DNA of 64,000 nt, taken from positions 75,268,001-75,332,000 of the forward strand of contig CM060733.1 of assembly GCA_030704615.1 (NCBI GenBank), given 5' to 3'. Shown here one piece after another: positions 50,201-62,979 of the stretch. Each line of letters begins with the position of its first letter. The first letter of the stretch is position 1. Both the position numbers and the translations under genes were made by a program. The notes beneath the pieces are model-generated. The model did not search any database, was not told the origin of the DNA, and worked only from the letters and a program-made list of their open reading frames with translations. The stretch comes from Takakia lepidozioides (lineage: Eukaryota; Plantae; Bryophyta).

Positions 50201-51408
50201 GCAGAATCTGTGGAACGTGAAGTTGTGGAAGGAAGTTCTAAAGCCCGAAAATTGAATGACCTGTGTGATATTGTACATGAGTACATCATTCAGAACCATC
50301 CTCGTCTATCAGTCATGTTGGGGTAAGAAATCTACTTCATTGACATTCAGATTTCCAAGTTTTAGTCATTTATCATTAGTTGGCATATGGCGTCTTTTCA
50401 AATCTCCCACGCCACCTCTGTCAATCTCCTGGCTGACCCTCGGATTGTGACAGGATATATGAAGCAGAGTCCACACGGATAGAAGCCAGACGACGCTTGT
50501 TTCGTGAGGAGCAAGGGCTGGAAGGCATGAGCAATCCCACGGCAATTCAGTACCCTCCTGATTTGCATCCTTGTCCTCCATTTGCTGTTTGGCTCCCTCA
50601 AGGTGTACGGGATCATCTCTCAATTCAATCAGATGGGCTTGATCCTACAACACGTGAGGAATTACTGGATCTTTCAAGGCCTCCATCATTTACTGCCCTG
50701 TCATTCAAGAGTATGACAGCGTATGGTAACCATTACAGGGTTACATCCCCCGGCATGAACACAACAAGTATGGTGTCTTTTGATTGTGGAGTCTCATCTG
50801 TTTTCCAGCACCAGCCCATTACCAACAATTCAGGCAATGACATGGAGGAACCTACAAGATATGTGGGTCTTATAAGGGAGATTTTGCAAATTGACTATGG
50901 CCAAACACAGCCTATAGTGTTTTTGTGTTCGTGGGTACGGGCGAGTCGCGTGGGTCGTCAACCTATGTCAATGAAGCAGGATGATGCTGGCTTCACACTT
51001 GTCAATTTTAACCGTATGCTTCCACCTTCTGAGCAACCTTTTGTGTTTCCTGGCCAGGTTGATCAAGTGTTTTTTTCTGATTGTGTGAAGGAGCCGGGGT
51101 GGAAAGTCGTCCTGGAGAAGAGCCCCCGAGCACGTAGAGTGGTCTGCGACATATCAATTGATAATGATGATGTGGCGGAAGTGGAAGGATTGTTAGCCCC
51201 ACAAAGACTAGAGGAGACTGTGGTTACTGATGGCCCAACATGCAGCCGAGCGGTACCGGTTACTCCAGAGCAGGTGGCCTCCTTGTACCTCCGAGCACCC
51301 CGTATACGTGGTGATGATGTTCAGCCAACCCTTGGAGAAGATGAAGTCTGTGATGAAGACAGTGATACATGTAGTGACCCAGACATAGATGAGGATGATG
51401 AAGATTAG
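47278..51408 (+). CDS. CACTA transposase (TnpD/Tnp2, Transposase_21 family), about 4 exons
   Basis: LCNCDEC..HY..HG exon. IHAC..GC.LF..C..C, RHFPVIPRL, HPADSKAW, LALDGVNP, WPV...YNLPP, IHDYPAYG; intron ~49326-49425. DAMHCEKN, KSHDYHV, HLVVHL, WMYPMER, PEGS; final exon with QPFVFPGQVDQVFF. Exons are free of stops. Confidence 0.93.
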
Positions 51409-54046
51409 ATATGCGCGATTTGTGCACTCCAGTTATAGACCATGCATGATAGTTTAAGGTGGTAACACTCCCTTCGCATTCCCATTAAGATATCATGCTT
51501 GGACACTGGATTTTATGATCAATTATGGAGTGCTTTCCTTTCAGCACCCTTTATTCATTTGTTGTTGCAATTGGCTTTGGACCAACCCGTGCTGGTACCA
51601 TTGCCATGGGTTCTGCCTGCAATGTTTTCTTGCCATGGATTCGGCACACGCCACGAAAGGCCATCCAGACCATCCTCTGGAAATGCTCCAATGTTGTTTC
51701 AAACATCTCCACATTGCAATGGATACAACACTGACATTAGATGAGTGAAAGTGAGACTAGACCTCCAGCCAGCCGGCTTTCCCACATCAAATTGAAGGGG
51801 ATCTGTAGATTATAGATAACGGCTGTTGCCTTCTCAATGTCTTTTCCAATGACCTCTGCAATGAACTGGGGTATAAGATCCTTCAAATCACAAGTTTGAG
51901 CATCACGCACAAGCCACTTACGGGGATAGAGTTTCCAATGCGAACCATTGGTCTTTTATTGATAGCATTGTTGTAAAATACATGGACCAACATGGTCAAT
52001 TTCGGGAATGACATATAGTACGCTTTCATGTACTATGTAAGCATGCAACTATGTACCAGTGACGTGGCTTGTTCGCCACTTAACCTGTTTGCCCATTCAG
52101 CCAGCTCCACATTGTCATGGATTTTGCATGCTGGATTGTGAGGCCATCCACACCGTCCTCTGGAAATGCTATCATGGGGTTTCAGCTATGTCCACATTTC
52201 CCTGGATTATGCCTGCACGAAGCAAGGCCAACTGCATTCAGCACCCTCCACTTTATTATAGTATTGCAGCAACATTCAAAGCACTTCAATTTGTATCCAT
52301 CGAAAACATCTAGGCTGGAAAAAGACATTGTTGCAGCAGAACTTAGGAAAGTACTTCTCCCCTTCCACTACACACGTGAAATGAAAGAAGCCAACCAACA
52401 GCATACCAGCCAAGAAAATATGAAACCAGCCAAGAAAAGAGCCAATATATGCAGTGAAGGTCGACACTAAATGAAACTTATCCAACACTTACATTAGAGG
52501 AGGGAAGCTAAGTCTTACCTCCATAAGCTTGCCCACATCAAATTTGGGAGCTTTCAGAATTTCTCCTTTCCGGTTGAATGAACTTGGCTACAAGATCCTT
52601 CAAATCGCAAGTTTGAGCTTCACACACAATGAACTTGCAGGGATTGAGCTTCCAATGCGAACCAGGAGTCTTATATTGATAGCATTGTTGTAAAACACAT
52701 GGACCAACAATGACAGTCTCTGGAATGACATATAGTACAGTAATGACATATAGTACAGCATGCCGCTTCCAGTTGACCATCTACCCATGTAGGTTTCTTG
52801 TACCTATCCTTCCACAGGGAATCATAGGTAATGTGGAGCTTGAAATCCAGCCCTCTTGGATGAATGTGGACCCACACTCTATCCCTGCTCCTTCAGCTAT
52901 CCATGCCTCTGACAGCCTACAATTCTACCAGCAAACACCCCAACCATACTGGTGTGGAGTTCTTCCCCAAAACACCCCAACCCTACTTATCACAATCTGA
53001 AATGCATCTGCTTCTCTCTGTAGTCCAACAGGCATTCGCCTTTTTGTCTCCATTGTCCCACCATTGGGGTCGGAAAGTGTTCACCCCAAAGCTTCTCCTC
53101 ACCTCTATTATATGTTTTTGGATACTTCCCTGCTGCCACACTGGCAGTAACTTGCCAAAGTCACTCCAAACCACCACAGATGTACCCAACGACCTAACTT
53201 ACAGAATTCAATATGCATCTTGCGGCCGAGTCTGATGAGAGGGCAACACAGGCTGAAATAGGTTGAAGAAGAAGGTGCCCTACCACATTGTCCTTGACCT
53301 GTCCTGACCCATGGAGGATTTGACCGATGACCTCTTGTGTGTGCTGCTTGTGTCTGTAGTCAGGTAATGTCGGATTGGTCTGTCAGATCGAACCACTACG
53401 GCGTAGATGAGTAGTCAGAGATTGAAACACGCTTGCTAAGACCAAGCTGACTCTCCCAAGAACGGCGAGCTCGCTTGTCCTCGTCTCGTCTCCTCCTCCT
53501 CTTCTCCTTCGTGCATCATTTGCTCAACGCCTCCATCCCACGCCCCTGCATATCCTGCTATCATCGCGTTCCATCCCTCAGCTATGTGGTGTGGCGCAGG
53601 AGACAAAAAGACGCCAAGTCCCAGCCCTCCTTTCTGTTCACGATTACACTAATGGGCAACCTTATTAGCAATTTTTTTAACTTTTTTAAACCTAATGGGC
53701 AACCTTATTTGCATTATATGTGCCTTCAAAATGACACGTGTAGTGATGTAGTCGTATAAATAGAGCTCTGAAACCATCTTCAGTCATGGAGTCATAAGAT
53801 TCCATGAAACGTCGTCCACGTGTAGTCAAACATATCACACTAGTCATATAAACCATCCCTGTCATCATGGTCAACAATGTTTGACCAATGCTCCCTAACT
53901 TTCCGGAGTCATGTAGTGATATCCATTACTACAAAGTCATAAAACTAAAACTGTAATGCATTTCAGCGCTCTGTAGTCATGTACCTAGTGCAGTTTTTAT
54001 GACTCCGCCAAACCCGTAGTCCTAAAAACGCTCATCTCTTGTAGTG

Positions 54047-55900
54047 CCACCAATACTGCCCTTGCAGTAAACTGTGAGTGCGTTGCACTCCAAAATGCCC
54101 CAACTCCTCATGGGCATGCCGCACTAACCGTGCACGCTGTGTGGGGTGAGGCACAATCCTCACCCGACCATCCTCCCACACTCGAAGTAGATGTATCCCC
54201 TCCCACTTGAACCTCTTGGCTCGTTGCAGGATCCGATCCCTCTCCTTGGCAGTCACAGTGGCTGCCGTGTCTCCCGTGCGGAGGTAGTCCAACACAGCCG
54301 AATCCTCATGTATATCTCTGGCACCACCTGGCTCATCACTAGCCTCAGGGTCCTCAGACACTCCATCTACAGTCATCCCTGTTATAGGTCCAACCTGACC
54401 TCCCAATGCCAAGATACACAAAAATGCAGATGCGTGCCATCCTGGCACCATCTCCTCGTCCGTCTCACCATGCCACCGAGCTCCAGTGTCATCCTGCTGG
54501 CTCATGCATGGATTGCGACTCAATCCATCCGCATCCCGATTGACCAAACCCAGTCGATGCACAACCTGAAAGTCATACTCCTGGAGTATGAGTGCCCACC
54601 GTGCAAGCTTCCCCGTAAGCTTGTCTGACTCCATCAACCACTTGAGTGGCTGGTGATCCGTGACAAGGGTGAAAAGATTGCCGTATAGATAGCACCTGAA
54701 GTGTGTCACGGCCCACACTGCAGCTAAGCACTCTCCCTCATATGAGCTGTACTTAGCCTCTACAGCGTTGTTCGAGCGGCTAGCATAATCCACTACGAAC
54801 TCTCTTCCCTCATCATCCACCTGTGTGAGCACCGCTCCAAGCCCAGCATGCTCCAATCCGTATGCAGCTGAAAGGGACGCCCCCTGATAGGTCGTCTCAG
54901 GATAGACGCCGAGGTCAACCTCGCCTTGAGCTCTTGAAAAGCTCGTTCCTGCTCATCTTCCCACTGCCACTCCTGGTCCACCTTGGCCAGCTTGGTTAGA
55001 GCCTTTGCAATGGTACAAAATCCCTTGACAAACTGTCTATAATAGTTTGCCAACCCCATGAAAGCTCGAACTCGGCTCACATCCGTGGGGCGTGGAATTT
55101 GTGCAATGGCCTCTACCTTAGTCTACTGTACCCCCAATCCTCCAGGATATATCATGTGACCCAGATACTCAATCTGGTTGTGGAAAAACTTGCACTTTCC
55201 TGGATGCAACTTCAATCTGTGCGCTCTCAAGCGCTCCAATACCACCTGAAGGTGTCTCTCATGCTCCTCCATCGTAACACTAAAGATGATGATGTCATCT
55301 ATGTAGCACCGAGCAAAGTCCACCCCTGCTAGAATCCTATCCATGACTCTCTGAAACTCTGCAGGAGCATTCTTAAGCCCAAATGGTAAGAACCGCCACT
55401 GATATAGGCAATCCTTGCCATGCTCATTGATCCCCTAGAATGCCGTCTTCTGCTTGTCCGCCTCCTTGATTGGCAACTGGTGATATCCGGATCGTAAATC
55501 CAAAGTGCTAAAGACCTTAGCATGCCCGATGTCATCAAAGATCTCCTCTGGTGTTGGCATGGCATACTTATCGGACTTGGTCTGACGATTTACAGGCCGG
55601 TAATCACCGCACATACGTCTCTCTGTCCAATTGCCATAGACATCCTTCTTGGCTGGCATCACTGTGGCTGAAGCATACTCTCCACCAGAGAGCTCCACCA
55701 AACCTGCCTCCCAGAGATCTTGAGTCCTCATCTGAATCAAAGATCTCTCCATGTCACTGTATCTATAGGGTCTCCGAAAGATTGGCGTGTCAGTGGCCAA
55801 CTCAATACGGATCTCTTGACCCTTGAGTGCTCCCAAATCCTTCAAACTGAAGGCAAAGCAATTCCTGTAAGCCCTCAGGAACCGCCATATACGTCGTCTC
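54047..55900 (-). pseudogene. pol: Gypsy reverse transcriptase, RNase H and integrase HH motif
   Basis: RMCGDYRPVN, LDLRSGYHQ, CYIDD, LHTDWS..GLGAVL, YSSYEGECLA, TDHQPL, ADGLSR, HEELGHFG. Premature stops and a frameshift near 54850. Confidence 0.95.
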
Positions 55901-56309
55901 TCTCCTCCGGTGACAATGGGTCCAATGGCAGGCTCCCAATTGTCCTCCGTAACTGCAACCTTAAGTCCAGTGGGCTTAGGAGTAGAGGACGCATCCAGTG
56001 GTTGCTATGTTGCAACCTCTTGAGCAGTACTCCCTACCTGCTCAGTCAGTGACAAGGCCTCATCCTGCCCCATCATCTCCTCCTCAAGGACTTCCTCCAC
56101 CCGAGAAAAATCCCCAACCTCATCTTTCATCGCCACCTTGGCTGCCAACTCTCTCTGAACCTCGAGCACCTCCCATGTGTGCCATGGATGCATGCACCCC
56201 ATGGTCCTCACATGCTCGCCCCCACTCACTGCCTGTACCGTCTCGGTAGGCAGAGAGACCATTGAGGGAAGTGTACTCCGCACTCTGCGTTGCTCAGCCA
56301 TAGCCAAGC

Positions 56310-57255
56310 TGATAATCCAGGTCAAGCAATTGAGATCCATTGCTTGCCCCAACACTTGACGACGTGATGCCTCAGAAAGAGACGACACCGCCGTGGTACA
56401 AGTGGTAAAACCCATTGCCCGCTCACGCTCGTCAGCATTAGGCTCCACTAACTGCTGCAACTGAGCATCCCACAGGAGGCTAGGTCCACTATCCCAGAAA
56501 GCATGCAATCCTGGGAAGCTGAGCAGTGTAGGTAATGCTGCTCGTGGTTGACCCACCTTGTTGACCACTGCGAAAGGCGAACGGTCATCGTATCTCACAC
56601 GCTACGACTGCCTCCCTGTGTCCAGAATGCTATCCACTGTGAGATGTGCTGGCCGCTGCACCCCATCAAATGCACGCTTGAGCAGTGCGGGTGGCATCAA
56701 GTTAGTCCACCATAGCCGTGGACGATGAGCCCGTGACCCCACTATAGTTGCATCTAGCAACACTGCTGACCCAAGCCACGACTGGACTTGATGCACACTG
56801 GCCATCACCCTGGCCCGAGAATCGCCCATCAGTGGCACATTCTCCAAGATGTATGTTGGAGATACAGCTTGATGAACCTGCAAGTGACGCAAAACCCGCA
56901 CCATCTCCCAAAACAGACCCGACCTCGAGTCTCGCAATCCATTGTCATGCCCGGCTGATGAATGCCCTTGGCAAGGCCAACCTGCCACTACCCGATCAAT
57001 GGAGCCAACCCGCTCCAAATCCTGCGCCCCCAGCAACGAAATGTCTGCTGGCAAGGCCTGCTGATATCCACGAATTGCAGACACCGACAACAACTCAGGG
57101 TACCGCTGCACCAACTGAGCAACATGGCGAAGTGAAACGCGTCATGCAGTCTTATCCCTCTCCACATACAGGTAACGCCAAACTCGTACACCTGCCTGTA
57201 ACACAGCAGCCAATCCGGTGCTGATCCTGCCAAACAAGTCCAGAAGACAAATGCC
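56310..57255 (-). pseudogene. DNMT3-like C5 cytosine methyltransferase domain inside pol
   Basis: Motif I LDLFG(R)ISTG, motif II YVE.D, motif IV AGWPCQGHS, GLRDSRSGLFWE, motif VI LENV, motif VIII AHRPRLWWTNL, IX ERERAMGF, X RRQVLGQAMD. Same reading frame as flanking protease and RT, broken only by stops. Confidence 0.9.
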
Positions 57256-57599
57256 TTCATCCGGATACTGCCACACAATAGGTGTGGTGTCCAATGGAGA
57301 CAACTGAGGTGGTCTTGGTGCAATCCCCGCACTCTCCTCCTCTCCTGACGGTACAAAAGCCTCCACCTTGGCTTGGTGCACCCGTCGATCAGCATCCCGC
57401 TGCAAATCCTTGCTCGTGCCCCACAATGGAGTCTGAGCAACCATGGTAGGCAACTCCGCCATACCATACATATCATCCTGCTCTCCTGGAGGTGGCACAT
57501 CCTCTGAATGAGCGTTGCCCTCAAGCAACTCTCTAGGCCAACTCACTGCCGCTGTGAATGCTGCTAGTGTCGGCATCTTGCCTCGTTGGGCAACTGCAA

Positions 57600-58760
57600 C
57601 TCCTCCTATGAACGTCACAGGGAGCTGCACACGCCGGCCCTTCCCTGACTGCCATGCAGGCCTATAGGAAGCTGACTCCTCCCAAAAATCCAAGGTGAAG
57701 CCCATGGGGTACAACACTGCCCCACCAACCAGGACATCGTATGAGACCGCATTTGTCACAATGGCCTTGGCTCGCATCACTGAGCCATCTATAGGGTGAT
57801 CCGGCCGTAGTCTGATAGCCAACTCACGCCGTGTCATGCCCCGAACCTGCTCCGATCCTCTCAGAGACGTCTATATCTAGAAAGGACAAGGCTCCATATC
57901 CGCCTCCGTGAGGCCCAAGCCTGCAATAGCAGCTCTGCCCAGCATCAATGGCTGAGCTCCCGAGTCCAACAAGACCCGCAGTGGCCGGTACCTCCTGCCT
58001 GCCGGTCCACTCAAACAGAAAATGCCATCCTGGTTGTCTAACATGACAACTCCAGTTGTCACCATGGCGCGCTCAATGGCTGGCCTAGCTGGCAGCTCCA
58101 TCAACCTGGCAGCTGCAGCTTGCCATGGCGCCGCCGTGGCAGTCTTGACCCTCAAATCCAAGGATCCCTCCGGCACTACACCTCCCACTATCTCCGCAGA
58201 AGATGAAGTAACCTCCCCACTCTTACAGAGTGTAGCTGCCAGCCTGAACACCTCAGCTGGTCTTATCCCCGGCGTCGCAATCATGGTAGCCGAGAACAAT
58301 GGAGCCTAGCACACAAATGTGGCCGCTCCTAGCAGCACACTAGCTGCTGTAGCCTTGGCAACACTAGGTAGTGGTGCTACCCGTGTAGCTCTCCCCAATG
58401 GCATAGTAACCTCCGCCTCGGTAACAGTCGGGCAAGAACTAGGTGCCATGGATGGCGTCGACACTGTCTCCGCCAATGTGAATGACTGAGGAAGCCTAGC
58501 CTGACGGCTTGCCTCCCCACGCTGTGGATCCAACTCCACCTCTACACCTCGTGGCTTAGGAACTCGTGTTGCTCCTCGAGTCACGGCTGCAGTAGACTCC
58601 ACCTGCACTAGTGGTAGTGCTGCTCCACACATGAATCCCATGCCTCCCATATCTCCTCCCTCAGGAGCAGGAGGTGGACCATCCGGCCTTAGAGCCGGTA
58701 CCACCTGAACTGTAGCCATGGCAGCGAGCCTCTGCTCTAGCTGCTGAAGCCGGTTGGCCA
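57600..58760 (-). pseudogene. pol: Gypsy aspartic protease region
   Basis: RVLLDSGAQP catalytic motif (~57950-57980) and downstream YDVLVG. Confidence 0.85.
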
Positions 58761-58767
58761 TGCCTTG

Positions 58768-59520
58768 GAAATACCCATTTCCACTACATTTTACAGAGAT
58801 AGTGTTGGATACAGTGGCAAGACATGAGAGGTACTCATTCATGGATGGGAGTAAGTTTGGTCTAAGTGATGGGAGGCGGAGCTCCGCCTCCCCCCTTTGT
58901 GATCTAGCTATGTCTTTAGTCATGGTTATCTTTTTAGGGTTCGGCTATCTCTGCTCTCTTTTTACCCTATCCACTTCGCAAGCTGCCGCTGCCGCCACTC
59001 TAGCCATGACTATCGTGGACGTAGCGAGCTCCTCAGCCGCCATAGCTTTTTCGTTGCTTTCCGTATTATGTTGGCTCTCTCTCTCCCCCCCCCCCCCCCC
59101 CCGTCTACACCCCCTCTATCACTCTCACGCATACCATGTGAAGACGATCTTAACACATAGATTTTGGTGCAATCAAGGCGTTTCCAGCCACAGTGTTACC
59201 ACTCCAACGGAGGACAACTACACGCATGCCTATCCTAGAAGATTTGCCTGCAACACGCGATTTGCATTCTACCCATCTCAGCGCGAGCATAATGGTATAC
59301 ACATTTTCCATCGTGTCTCTCTTTTTACATGGATTCTACTTATCAATAGTCTAATCACTACCAACCCGATCTCTATCTCTATTCCCCATCTCTTATCCCC
59401 TTCCGACCCATCTCGGATGTACACACCCCCCCCCTCAACCCAGAATTCTATCACCCATCCCACAAAACAATCTCAAGGCCTTCCAGAACACTTCCACACC
59501 GCCTCCTCTACCTTCATACA
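58768..59520 (+). other. Foreign ~750 bp insertion in gag-pol, starting with an RT-like fragment in opposite orientation
   Basis: KYPFPLHFTEIVLDTVARHERYSFMDG (58769-58850) resembles the Gypsy RT segment FPLPFID..L..LAGH..YSFLDG. Composition shift and poly-C run; gag-like sequence resumes on both sides. Confidence 0.5.
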
Positions 59521-60930
59521 ACACCTTGACCTCCGCGTCCTTGGCCATGTTGAGCTTGCCCTTGGCCTGCACCTCGTGGCTGGCCACCTCGTCCTCTCTG
59601 GGCTGCTCCACCTCGCCCCCAGCCACCATTGTTCCCTTGGAACTGGCCTGGGCGCAACTCAGGATGCAAACCATAACATTGGGTCTCTCCATGCCCGTGC
59701 TTGCCTGTGCAGGCTGTGCATGTGCCGGCCCTTTGCCTCCCTCTGGGCAATCCTTCTTGACATGGGGTCCTCCACATGTCCAGCACACCACATCCGCCCG
59801 TTGTTGGCCAGCAAATGAAGGGAGAGACCCCTGCATCTGAGGTCCTCTCTGCCCTTCCCTAAGCTTCACCTGAGCCCCCTTGTTGCCTTGAGCACGTTGA
59901 GGTAGTGATTGGCTAGGAGCACCACTACCCCGTGGTGTCTCCTTAGCAAATCCCACCATGGCCACTCGTTCCTCCACCATGTTGAGCTCTATCCGCTCTG
60001 CCAGCAAAAACACATTTGCTAAGGTGGGTTGGGCCGCTTGTAGGAGAGTTGCATCCCGCACCCTTCTCCTCAGCTCCCTGTCCAATATCCCATACCAGAA
60101 TTGGACTGCCTAAGCTTCCGTAACCCCTTGGGTTACATTATCAAGCGCCTCATGCGAGTGAAAGCCTCCCTCAAGCTCTCGGTCGGCTTCCGTTGGAACT
60201 CTTGCAAGCTCCGCAACTTCTCCGTCCTCACCCCTTGGTAGTTCCCTCTCAACTCTTCGAAGAACTCCACAACAGGGTTGAAGGCAGGCACGGGTACTAG
60301 TGCTGGTGCGGTAGTGGCTTGGGTGGACGTCGTAGCTACTGTATCACCAGTCCCACTAGTCCCACTGCTACTTGCTGAAGCTGCCGGTGCAGCGGCAGGT
60401 GTAGCCACTGCCCTCGTAGCTCTAGTGCCCCTAGTGATGGAGACATAGTCGGGTGACCAGTACATCCTCCACTCCTCGATCTCAACCTCATGCCCCCGCC
60501 TGAACTCATGGTAATCATCCATAGGCAGCCCCTCAAGGTGCTAAAACAGCCCCTTTCATGCCATGAAAGGCGTAAATAGTTGTGGATTGCGCATTTGCTG
60601 CAAATCACACCAACTATCAAACTCTTGGATAAAATCATCCAACTCGATGGTGCCCACCGCCCCAGAGTACCTTCGTGGCCCCTTGGTAGCTCCATACATC
60701 TCCTCCATTGTGTCCCACAACAATGACAAAGAAACAACTTGCACCGCCGGTATGAGTCCTCCTGATTCACAATCCGAATCAACACCTTCCGTAGAAGACA
60801 CAGGAGGTGAAGGTGGCCTAAACCGCACACCTCGTCTCGTGTACCCACTAATATCGCTAGTGCTCGAACCGGCACTGTCCCCAGCAACTAGTGGCACCTC
60901 CGTGTTGACACTCAACCGGTCATGAACATG
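59520..60930 (-). pseudogene. gag: Gypsy gag (capsid-like region and Zn knuckles)
   Basis: LDDFIQEFDSWCD, LQEFQRKPTESLREAFTRMRRL (major homology-like region), CWTCGGPHVKKDC and a second degenerate knuckle (GKHGHGETQC). Frameshifts and stops. Confidence 0.8.
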
Positions 60931-61194
60931 TCCCTAACCCCCTCTCCACAAGGTAACCAGGTAGAGAACCTGTTGCGGCTTATGGTTTGGAATACTAAGT
61001 TCCTAACATAGCCTACACTTGTACTTGCATGACCATGGGAATATCATGAAGATACTCCTCAAACCGCCCTCCACGAGCTTCAAAATTCGGCCTTCAAGAC
61101 CACATGTCAGTCCTTAGGCAGTCCACCAGTGCCTCCACGAGTCAGCATAGGCCGTCCAGAGGTCAACACGGGCCACCACAGACCCACACAGCTC

Positions 61195-62542
61195 ACTGGT
61201 CACAGCCATCACAGCCCCACACAGGCCACAGCCCCACACAGGTCACAGGGTCACAGCCCCACAGGCCGCAGCCTATCACAGCCCATCACAGCCCCAAAGG
61301 GCACAGCCTGTCACAGCCCCTCACAGCCCGTCACAGCTTGCCACAGCCTGTCATAGCCCATCACAGCCCCACAGGCCACAGGGCACAGCCTGTCACAGCC
61401 CCTCACAGCCCCTCACAGCTCGCCACAGCCCGTCACAGCCCCACAGGCCATAGGGCACAGCCTGTCACAGCCTGCCACAGCCTGTCCCTCACAGGCCGTC
61501 ACAGCCCGTCACAGCCCCACAGGCCATAGGGCACAGCCTGTCACAGCCTGCCACAGCCTGTCCCTCACAGGCCGTCACAGCCCCACAGGCCACTGGGCTT
61601 AGCCTGTCACAGCCCGCCACAGCCTGTCACAGCCCTTCACAGCCCGTCACAGCCCCACAGGCCACAGGGCACAGCCTGTCACAGCCCCTCACAGTCCGTC
61701 ACAGCCCCACAGGCCACTGGGCTTAGCCTGTCACAGCCCGCCACAGCCTGTCAAAGCCCCTCACAGCCCGTCACAGCTCGCCACAGCCTATCACAGCCCA
61801 TCACAGCCCCACAGGCCACAGGGCACAGCCTGTCACAGCCCCTCACAGCTTGCCACAGCCTGTCACAGCCCGTCACAGCCCCACAAGCTAGAGGGCACAG
61901 CCTGTCACAGCCCCTCACAACCCCTCACAGCCCCACAGGCCACTGGGCTTAGCCTGTCACAGCCCCTCACAGCCCGTCACAGCTCGCCACAGCCTGTCAC
62001 AGCCCATCACAGCCCCACAGGCCACATGGCACAGCCTGTCACAGCCCGCCACAGCCCCTCACAGCCCATCACAGCCCCACAGGCCACTGGGCTTAGCCTG
62101 TCACAGCCCCTCACAACCCGTCACAGCTCGCCACAGCCTATCACAGCCCATCACAGCCCCACAGGCCACAGGGCACAGCCTGTCACAGCCCCTCACAGCC
62201 CGTCACAGCCCGTTACAGCCCCACAGGCCACTGGGCTTAGCCTGTCACAACCCGCCACAGCCCCACAGGCCACAGGGCACAGCCTGTCACAACCCCTCAC
62301 AGCCCGTCACAGCTCGCCACAACCTGTCACAGCCCGTCACATCCCCACAGGCCACAGGGCACAGCTTGTCACAGCCCGCCACAGCCCACACAACCCGTCA
62401 TAGCCCCACAAGCCACAGGGCACAGCCTGTCACAGCCCCACAGGCCACATGGCACAGCCTGTCATAGCCCATCACAGCCCGTCATAGCCCCACAAGCCAC
62501 AGGGCACAGCCTGTCACAGCCCGTCATAGCCCCACAGGCCAC
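61195..62542. repeat. Minisatellite of ~10-bp CACAGCC(C/T)(G/C)T variants in the Gypsy 5' leader
   Basis: >100 CACAGCC cores with higher-order units CCCCACAGGCCACAGGGCACAGCCTGT and GGCCACTGGGCTTAGCCTGT. Confidence 0.95.
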
Positions 62543-62979
62543 TCATGACAGTTTAGCCATTTCTCCAAGGGGTTTAGCCACGCCAAGCTAGGGTTTGTGT
62601 CTCTTGGACTCTAGGCTTCTTTGCACCGAGCTATGGCGGCTGTGAAGAAATCAGCAAGGTATTCTTGCTCTTTCGGCTCCCACACACCACCAATAGTAGC
62701 TCTAAGCCATGAGGAAGATGGTTGCCACAAACCAAGCCTTCTTTCTCACTTAGACTCCCCAAACACGCCACTAAACTCAATGGCAAACAACCAAGCCTTG
62801 CTGGTTTCCAGCCCTTGTGAGCACTCATTCAAGCGTTTCCCTAGACAAAAGCATCTGTCTTAAAGCCTATTCCAGCCCCCTACACCTGCCACTACAAGAG
62901 CCATGCTCTATCTAGGCTTGAGGTTGAAACCCCAACTCAGAACACGCTCTACAAGTGTCGGACTGTCCATAAGAGCAGA

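Larger units (their letters stand above)
41384..54046 (+). mobile_element. Complete CACTA (En/Spm) transposon, 12.7 kb
   Basis: TIRs (A)ACTACAACAGATGAGCGTTTTTA / TAAAAACGCTCATCTCTTGTAGTG; 3-bp TSD CCA (41381-83, 54047-49). Removing it restores integrase ...QGQYWW|RGMHTEV...; encodes Tnp2-type transposase. Confidence 0.96.

Noticed and set aside
58754-59818. 354-aa plus-strand ORF
   Set aside because: Chimera of a short RT-like fragment, low-complexity filler and antisense gag; no coherent domain.
61104-62403. His/Ser/Pro/Thr-rich ORFs
   Set aside because: Translation of the CACAGCC minisatellite.
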